The translations under genes and the position numbers were made by a program. Positions 28,065-33,532 of a stretch of 33,532 nucleotides of DNA are shown here, one piece after another (position 1 is the first letter of the stretch; each line of letters opens with the position of its first letter). Under the pieces are notes generated by a model. That model saw nothing but the letters and a program-made list of their open reading frames with translations. It was not told the DNA's origin and did no database searches. This stretch comes from a virus (taxonomy: Duplodnaviria; Heunggongvirae; Uroviricota; Caudoviricetes): the IMG/VR virus record IMGVR_UViG_648276653_000018. The stretch is one strand, 5' to 3'.

Positions 28065-28546
28065 TGATGGTGCTGGGATTGTACGTGTTTATGCTGCGCA
28101 CCGTGCCGTATCAGGAATTGCAGTATCAACGCAGTTGGCGACATGCGGCAAACAGCCGGGTAAACCGTCGTCCGTCCACGCAGTTTCTGGGACCGGAAAA
28201 CGACATGCTGACGCTTTCCGGTGTTCTTATGCCGGAGATAACAGGCGGCAGGCTGTCGTTGCTGGCACTTGAGCAGATGGCAGAACAGGGGAAAGCATGG
28301 CCTCTGATTGAAGGCAGCGGCACGATTTACGGCATGTATGTGATTGAGGGACTGAATCAGACTAAAACGGAGTTTTTCCGCGACGGTATGCCGCGCCGGA
28401 TTGAGTTCACCCTGTCGCTCAAACGGGTGGATGAATCCCTGTCCGATATGTTCGGTGATCTCAGTGCGCAGCTGAATAATCTGCAGGGAACGGCAACATC
28501 TGCCTTAAGCGATATCAGTAAAACGGTGGGAGGGCTTCTGTCGTGA
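28061..28546 (+). CDS. U: tail protein U
   Basis: 161 aa ORF overlapping T stop; canonical position. Confidence 0.85.
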   Translation: MMMVLGLYVFMLRTVPYQELQYQRSWRHAANSRVNRRPSTQFLGPENDMLTLSGVLMPEITGGRLSLLALEQMAEQGKAWPLIEGSGTIYGMYVIEGLNQTKTEFFRDGMPRRIEFTLSLKRVDESLSDMFGDLSAQLNNLQGTATSALSDISKTVGGLLS

Positions 28547-29643
28547 ATTTCAGCTCTGAACTGCTTAACAAAGGCAACAAAACTCCCGCATTCAGCATCA
28601 GTATTGAGGGCAGGGATATCACCACTGTGCTGGACAACCGCCTGATTGGGCTGACGCTGACGGATAACCGGGGATTTGAAGCGGACCAGCTTGATCTGGA
28701 ACTGGACGACGCCGATGGAAAAATCGTGCTGCCGCGCCGTGGTGCGGTCATTACGCTGGCGCTGGGCTGGAAGGGGCAGCCGCTTTTCCCGAAAGGGGCA
28801 TTCACGGTGGACGAGATTGAACACACTGGCGCACCGGACCGCCTGACTATCCGGGCGCGAAGTGCTGATTTTCGGGAAACCCTGAATACCCGCCGTGAAA
28901 AATCGTGGCATAACACCACCATCGGGGAAGTGGTGAAGGAAATAGCCGCGCGGCACAAGCTGAAGATGGCACTGGGTAAAGAGCTGTCGGATAAGCCCGT
29001 GGAGCATATAGACCAGACTAATGAGAGTGACGGCAGTTTTCTGATGCGACTGGCGCGACAGTACGGTGCCATCGCGTCGGTGAAAAATGGCAATCTGTTA
29101 TTCATCCGGCAGGGGCAGGGCAAAAGCGCCACTGGTAAACCACTGCCAGTGATCACTATCACACGCAAGGACGGCGACAGTCACCGATTTACCCTGGCAG
29201 ATCGCGGAGCCTACACGGGCGTAATTGCCAGCTGGTTGCATACCCGTGAACCCGCGAAGAAAGAAAGCACCACGGTGAAGCGTAAGCGCAGAACTAAGAA
29301 GCAGAAGAAAGAGCCGGAAGCGAAGCAGGGCGATTACCTGGTGGGTACGGATGAAAACGTGCTGGTACTTAATCGCACCTATGCCAACCGGGGCAACGCT
29401 GAACGGGCAGCGAAAATGCAGTGGGAACGTCTGCAACGCGGCGTTGCGTCATTCTCGCTACAACTGGCGGAAGGGCGGGCAGATCTCTACACGGAAATGC
29501 CTGTGAAGGTCAGTGGTTTTAAACAGCCGATAGATGATGCGGAATGGACCATTACGACTCTGACACATACCGTCAGCCCGGATAACGGTTTTACGACCAG
29601 TCTGGAGCTTGAAGTGAGGATTGATGATTTCGAAATGGAATGA
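28543..29643 (+). CDS. D: late gene D tail protein
   Basis: GTG start; TPAFSISIEGRDITTVLDNRLIGLTLTDNRGFEADQLDLELDD resembles P2 gpD N-terminus. Confidence 0.85.
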   Translation: MNFSSELLNKGNKTPAFSISIEGRDITTVLDNRLIGLTLTDNRGFEADQLDLELDDADGKIVLPRRGAVITLALGWKGQPLFPKGAFTVDEIEHTGAPDRLTIRARSADFRETLNTRREKSWHNTTIGEVVKEIAARHKLKMALGKELSDKPVEHIDQTNESDGSFLMRLARQYGAIASVKNGNLLFIRQGQGKSATGKPLPVITITRKDGDSHRFTLADRGAYTGVIASWLHTREPAKKESTTVKRKRRTKKQKKEPEAKQGDYLVGTDENVLVLNRTYANRGNAERAAKMQWERLQRGVASFSLQLAEGRADLYTEMPVKVSGFKQPIDDAEWTITTLTHTVSPDNGFTTSLELEVRIDDFEME

Positions 29644-29733
29644 TTCTTCGCAATGGAGAACTTTTAAGTTTGCAAAATGGAATAATGCGGTATCATTATT
29701 GTGAATTTAGCAAAAATGGGGAGAACTCGAAAA

Positions 29734-29952
29734 ATGATGATTTGCCCACTGTGTGGAAGTGCCGCCCATACTCGCAGCAGTTTTCAGGTATCTTCATTGA
29801 CCAAAGAGCGTTACAACCAGTGCCAGAACATTAACTGCAGCCATACTTTTGTTACCCATGAAACTTTTGTTCGTTCGATTGCAACGCCAAAAGAGTCAAA
29901 TCCGGTTCAGCCGCATCCAATGAAATCAGGACAGGTGGCGCTCTCTCTTTGA
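29734..29952 (+). CDS. ogr: Ogr/Delta-family zinc-finger late transcription activator
   Basis: CPLCGSAAHTR...KERYNQCQNINCSHTF...HPMKSGQ closely parallels P2 Ogr (CPLCQHAAHAR...KERYHQCQNVNCSATF). Confidence 0.85.
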   Translation: MMICPLCGSAAHTRSSFQVSSLTKERYNQCQNINCSHTFVTHETFVRSIATPKESNPVQPHPMKSGQVALSL

Positions 29953-30039
29953 CGCTGCCGCCATTTTGTCGCCATCGTTAAAAAACAGTGCTTCTAACAT
30001 CATGATTTTAAACAGCTTAAATTTCAGGCAACAAAAAAC

Positions 30040-30075
30040 CCATCAACCTTGAACCGAAATGGCGGGGTTGATGGG
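30040..30075 (+). terminator. hairpin CCCATCAACC-N16-GGTTGATGGG downstream of ogr, at or near the prophage/chromosome junction
   Basis: 10-bp perfect inverted repeat preceded by an A-run; no clear T tail on plus strand, so may act for the minus strand or be part of the att region. Confidence 0.35.
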
Positions 30076-30187
30076 CTCCACAAAATGGGGACATCAAAGA
30101 AAAGCAGTGGCACTAATTAAGACTGATGCCCTGCGGAAAAGTTCTGCGGTTGTGCAAAAAAATTTCATTTTCAGGGCAACTTCAGTT

Positions 30188-31873
30188 TTATCCTAATCCT
30201 GGCCATACCATGACGATGATTGTCCCTGCCAGCGTCAGCAGGACGTTGGCGATTGCGTAGGTGCCCGCATAGCCCAGCGCAGGGATGTTACTGCGAGCTG
30301 TATCACTGATGATCTCCATTGCCGGCGCGCAGGTGCGTGCGCCCATCATTGCGCCGAACAACAGTGCGCGGTTCATTCGCAATACATAAGCACCGAACAA
30401 GAAACAGATAACCACGGGCACAAGACTGACAATTAATCCGGCAATCAACATCTGACCGCCAATCGCGCCCAGGCCGTTATTAATACCGCTACCGGCGCTC
30501 AGACCAACGCCTGCCATAAACACCATCAAGCCGAACTCTTTCACCATGCTTAATGCACCTTGCGGAATGTAACCGAAGGTCGGGTGGTTAGCACGCATAA
30601 AGCCCAGCATAATTCCGGCGAATAACAACCCGGCAGCGTTCCCCATGCCGAAACTGAATGTGCTGAACTGGAAGGTGATCATCCCGATCATCAGCCCAAT
30701 AACAAAGAAGGCGCAGAATGCCAGCAGGTCAGTGACCTGGCTGTGAATCGAGATAAAGCCGATGCGATCGGCGATGGTTTTTACGCGGCGGGCATCGCCG
30801 CTGACTTGTAAAACGTCACCTTTGTTAAGCACGACGTTGTCATCTATCGGCATCTCAATCTGGCTACGAATGACGCGGTTAAGGAAGCAACCGTGATCGG
30901 TCAACTTCAGTTGTGCGAGACGTTTACCTACAGCGTTATGGTTTTTAACGACCACTTCTTCAGTGACGATACGCATGTCGAGAAGGTCACGATCGAAAAC
31001 TTCTTTACCGTTACGGAAGCTGGGATCGAGTCGGGCATGGGCGTCGGGATAGCCTACCAACGCTATTTCATCGCCCATTTGTAGCACGGCATCACCGTCT
31101 GGATTTGCCAGAATCCCGTTACGTCGAATACGTTCAATGTAGCAGCCGGTTTGTCGATAAATACCCAGTTCACGCAGATTTTTGCCGTCGGTCCAGGCCA
31201 CCAGTTCCGGGCCGACGCGATAGGCGCGGATCACCGGTAAATAAACCTTACGGTTGGCATCAGTGTCCAGGCCACGTTCGCGGGCGATTTGCTGGGCGCT
31301 GGTCTGTAAGTCCTGATGCTGCAATTTCGGCAAGTAACGCGCACCAACAATCAAACTCACCAGACCGATTAAATAGGTTAAGGCATACCCGAGGCTCAGA
31401 TTATCCAGTGCCAGTGAGAGCTGCCTGCTTTCCATGCCGGAATGACGCAGTGTATCGCCAGCACCGACCAGAACCGGTGTCGACGTCATAGAGCCTGCTA
31501 ACATACCGGCCGTCAGGCCAATATCCCAGCCAAACAGCTTACCTAACCCTAAGGCGATCACCAGCGCACTGCCAACCATCACCAGTGCTAACATTAGGTA
31601 ATTTTTCCCATCGCGAAAAAAAATGGAAAAAAAGTTCGGTCCGGCTTCGACCCCGACGCAGAAAATAAACAGCATAAAGCCAAGATTAAGCGCATCGGTG
31701 TTAATGCTGAAATGTTGTTGGCCTAATAACAGCGATACGACTAAAACGCCAATGGAATTACCCAGTTGGATCGAACCAAGTCGTAACTTTCCGAGACATA
31801 GCCCAAGCGCGAGGACCACAAATAATAACAGAATGTAATTCCCATTTAACAATTCGGCGACGTTTATATTCAC
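30188..31873 (-). CDS. ybjL: putative transport protein YbjL (AAE/YidE-family duplicated-domain transporter)
   Basis: 561 aa [32 protein letters not shown]...; matches E. coli YbjL from memory. Confidence 0.85.
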
Positions 31874-32142
31874 GGAGGCTAACTTCTTGTTTACTAGTAA
31901 GCTGTTGAAAGAAATGGTAATTTACGATAATGTTTTTTACCAGAATTCAGGGCGCAGATTCATTCAGCGCACCTAAACGATAGTAAAGTAACAATATATT
32001 TTACTAGTGTAATCACATTAGGTATCAACGGCTATATGAATTGCGTTGGCCTATATTAGCATGGAATGCGAAGCGGCTTTATCTTACTGAACGCCACACT
32101 GGCGAAAAATGTGTTCGATAGACGCAGTGTCAGGAGGAACGA

Positions 32143-32520
32143 GTGAAACATAAACAACGTTGGGCGGGGGCAATCTGCTGTTTTGTCCTCTTCATTGTGG
32201 TGTGCCTTTTTCTGGCGACGCACATGAAAGGCGCTTTTCGGGCTGCCGGGCATCCTGAAATCGGCTTGCTATTTTTCATTCTTCCTGGAGCAGTCGCCAG
32301 CTTCTTTTCACAGCGTAGAGAAGTCCTGAAACCTCTGTTTGGCGCAATGCTGGCGGCACCCTGTTCGATGCTCATTATGCGGCTGTTTTTTTCACCGACG
32401 CGCTCATTCTGGCAAGAGCTGGCATGGTTACTAAGCGCGGTGTTCTGGTGTGCGCTGGGGGCACTGTGTTTCTTATTTATCAGTAGTTTGTTTAAACCAC
32501 AGCACAGAAAAAATCAGTAA
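32143..32520 (+). CDS. ybjM: inner membrane protein YbjM
   Basis: 125 aa hydrophobic ORF; matches E. coli ybjM position and size. Confidence 0.8.
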   Translation: MKHKQRWAGAICCFVLFIVVCLFLATHMKGAFRAAGHPEIGLLFFILPGAVASFFSQRREVLKPLFGAMLAAPCSMLIMRLFFSPTRSFWQELAWLLSAVFWCALGALCFLFISSLFKPQHRKNQ

Positions 32521-32541
32521 AGCCCTCAACGCGAGGGCTTG
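32520..32541. terminator. bidirectional terminator hairpin between convergent ybjM and grxA (AGCCCTC-aacgc-GAGGGCT)
   Basis: Perfect 7-bp inverted repeat immediately after ybjM stop and before grxA stop. Confidence 0.55.
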
Positions 32542-32549
32542 TCAGACGA

Positions 32550-32807
32550 TCAGGCGTCCAGATTTTCTTTCACCCATGCAGCAAAATCGGTATAGCCGCC
32601 GATATGTTGCTGATCGACAAAAATCTGCGGCACGGTTTCTACGGGTTTACCTGCCTTTTGTTGTAGATCTTCTTTAGTGATCCCTTCCGCACGAATATCT
32701 ACATACTGATACTGAAAATCATCGCGTTCATTGCTCAATTTCTCAGCCAGATCTTTTGCACGCACACAGTAAGGGCAACCCGAACGACCAAAAATAACGG
32801 TTTGCAT
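32550..32807 (-). CDS. grxA: glutaredoxin 1
   Basis: MQTVIFGRSGCPYCVRAKDLAEKL... with CPYC active site; matches E. coli GrxA. Confidence 0.9.
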   Translation of the reverse strand: MQTVIFGRSGCPYCVRAKDLAEKLSNERDDFQYQYVDIRAEGITKEDLQQKAGKPVETVPQIFVDQQHIGGYTDFAAWVKENLDA

Positions 32808-32966
32808 TATTTCTCTCCTCATAGATTTATGCCTGTAATGATCACGCTAAAATGTATTCGCTGAAAGTAGGTTTAACCTGTTGCATTAATTGCTAAAAGC
32901 TATAACTGTTAAACACAATACAGTGAAAAGTTTTAGACTGAAGGCTCACTTTGCAGAGGGAAGCGT

Positions 32967-33320
32967 ATGCGCGCGATCGGTAAATTGCCTAAAGGCGTGT
33001 TGATACTGGAATTTATCGGAATGATGCTACTGGCGGTGGCGCTGCTGTCGGTAAGCGACTCCCTGTCGCTGCCTGAGCCATTTTCTCGGCCAGAAGTGCA
33101 GATTCTGATGATTTTTCTCGGTGTTTTGCTCATGCTTCCCGCTGCGGTGGTGGTTATTCTTCAGGTGGCAAAACGTCTTGCCCCACAGCTGATGAACCCA
33201 TTTCCGAAGCGCAGCGTGAGGCGATTATTAACAGCGCCCGTGCGACGTCCAGTTCCAGTTTTTTGCAGTGCAGTAGCATTATTCGCATTACCGACAAAGC
33301 GTTACGTGAAGAACTGGTGA
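32967..33320 (+). CDS. ybjC: YbjC membrane protein with altered 3' end: the ORF runs out of frame into nfsA sequence after a deletion
   Basis: MRAIGKLPKGVLILEFIGMMLLAVALLSV...APQLMN matches YbjC; the tail PFPKRSVRRLL... is nfsA DNA read in the wrong frame. Confidence 0.7.
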   Translation: MRAIGKLPKGVLILEFIGMMLLAVALLSVSDSLSLPEPFSRPEVQILMIFLGVLLMLPAAVVVILQVAKRLAPQLMNPFPKRSVRRLLTAPVRRPVPVFCSAVALFALPTKRYVKNW

Positions 33321-33532
33321 CGCTGACCGGCGGGCAAAAACACGTAGCGCAAGCGGCGGAGTTCTGGGTGTTCTGTGCCGACTTTAACCGCCATTTACAG
33401 ATCTGTCCGGATGCTCAGCTCGGCCTGGCGGAACAACTGTTGCTCGGTGTCGTTGATACGGCAATGATGGCGCAGAATGCATTAATCGCAGCGGAATCGC
33501 TGGGATTGGGCGGGGTATATATCGGCGGCCTG
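33197..33532 (+). pseudogene. nfsA: nfsA (oxygen-insensitive NADPH nitroreductase A) lacking its first ~19 codons and start codon; continues beyond window end
   Basis: Frame from 33197 encodes PISEAQREAIINSARATSSSSFLQCSSIIRITDKALREELVTLTGGQKHVAQAAEFWVFCADFNRHLQ..., i.e. NfsA from about residue 21; no MTPTIELICGHRSIRHF-encoding sequence present upstream. Confidence 0.7.

Larger units (their letters stand above)
1..30100. mobile_element. P2/186-family temperate myovirus prophage (right ~30 kb; integrase/attL end lies outside the window to the left; right boundary approximate, somewhere in 29953-30187)
   Basis: Contiguous canonical P2/186 gene order (repressor, cII, A, Q, P, O, N, M, L, X, lysis genes, R, S, V, W, J, I, H, G, FI, FII, E/E', T, U, D, ogr) followed by E. 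coli core genes. Confidence 0.9.

Noticed and set aside
29640-29834. 64-aa plus-strand ORF overlapping the start of ogr
   Set aside because: Out of frame with, and overlapping, the well-supported ogr gene; ogr's own start (ATG 29734) explains the region.
32056-32375. Minus-strand ORFs (65 and 81 aa) overlapping ybjM and its upstream region
   Set aside because: Antisense to ybjM, which matches the E. coli gene in position and size; no independent support.

Overview
Most of this window (about 1–30.1 kb) is a P2/186-family temperate myovirus prophage. The last ~3.4 kb is E. coli-type chromosome (ybjL, ybjM, grxA, ybjC, nfsA). All calls rest on reading the ORF translations and the DNA by eye and on recalled family knowledge; no database search was run. 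The prophage runs in the canonical order: CI-like repressor (minus strand), apl/cox-like, cII, small early ORFs, TraR/DksA zinc finger, Dam methylase, replication gene A (frameshifted), a LexA-box-controlled DinI/Tum-like gene, a variable cargo region, then portal Q and terminase P (minus) followed by the O-N-M-L-X-holin-endolysin-lysA-Rz/Rz1-R-S-V-W-J-I-H-G-FI-FII-E/E'-T-U-D-ogr late block. The integrase end lies left of the window. The most interesting locus is the AT-rich cargo region at about 6.7–9.3 kb, between gene A and the portal gene. It carries a translationally coupled two-gene cassette: a phosphoribosyltransferase (PRTase)-motif protein followed by a DprA/SLOG-like Rossmann protein. 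This is a strong candidate anti-phage or toxin-antitoxin system; the architecture resembles what I recall of ShosTA, which I cannot confirm without a search. The same region holds a divergent, strongly acidic small ORF, an intrinsic terminator and a cos-like motif. Other notable points are a homopolymer frameshift splitting replication gene A, a tandemly duplicated HTH domain in the repressor, and a deletion at a GATGAAC microhomology that fuses ybjC to a 5'-truncated nfsA. No tRNA, rRNA, CRISPR array or IS element was recognised.
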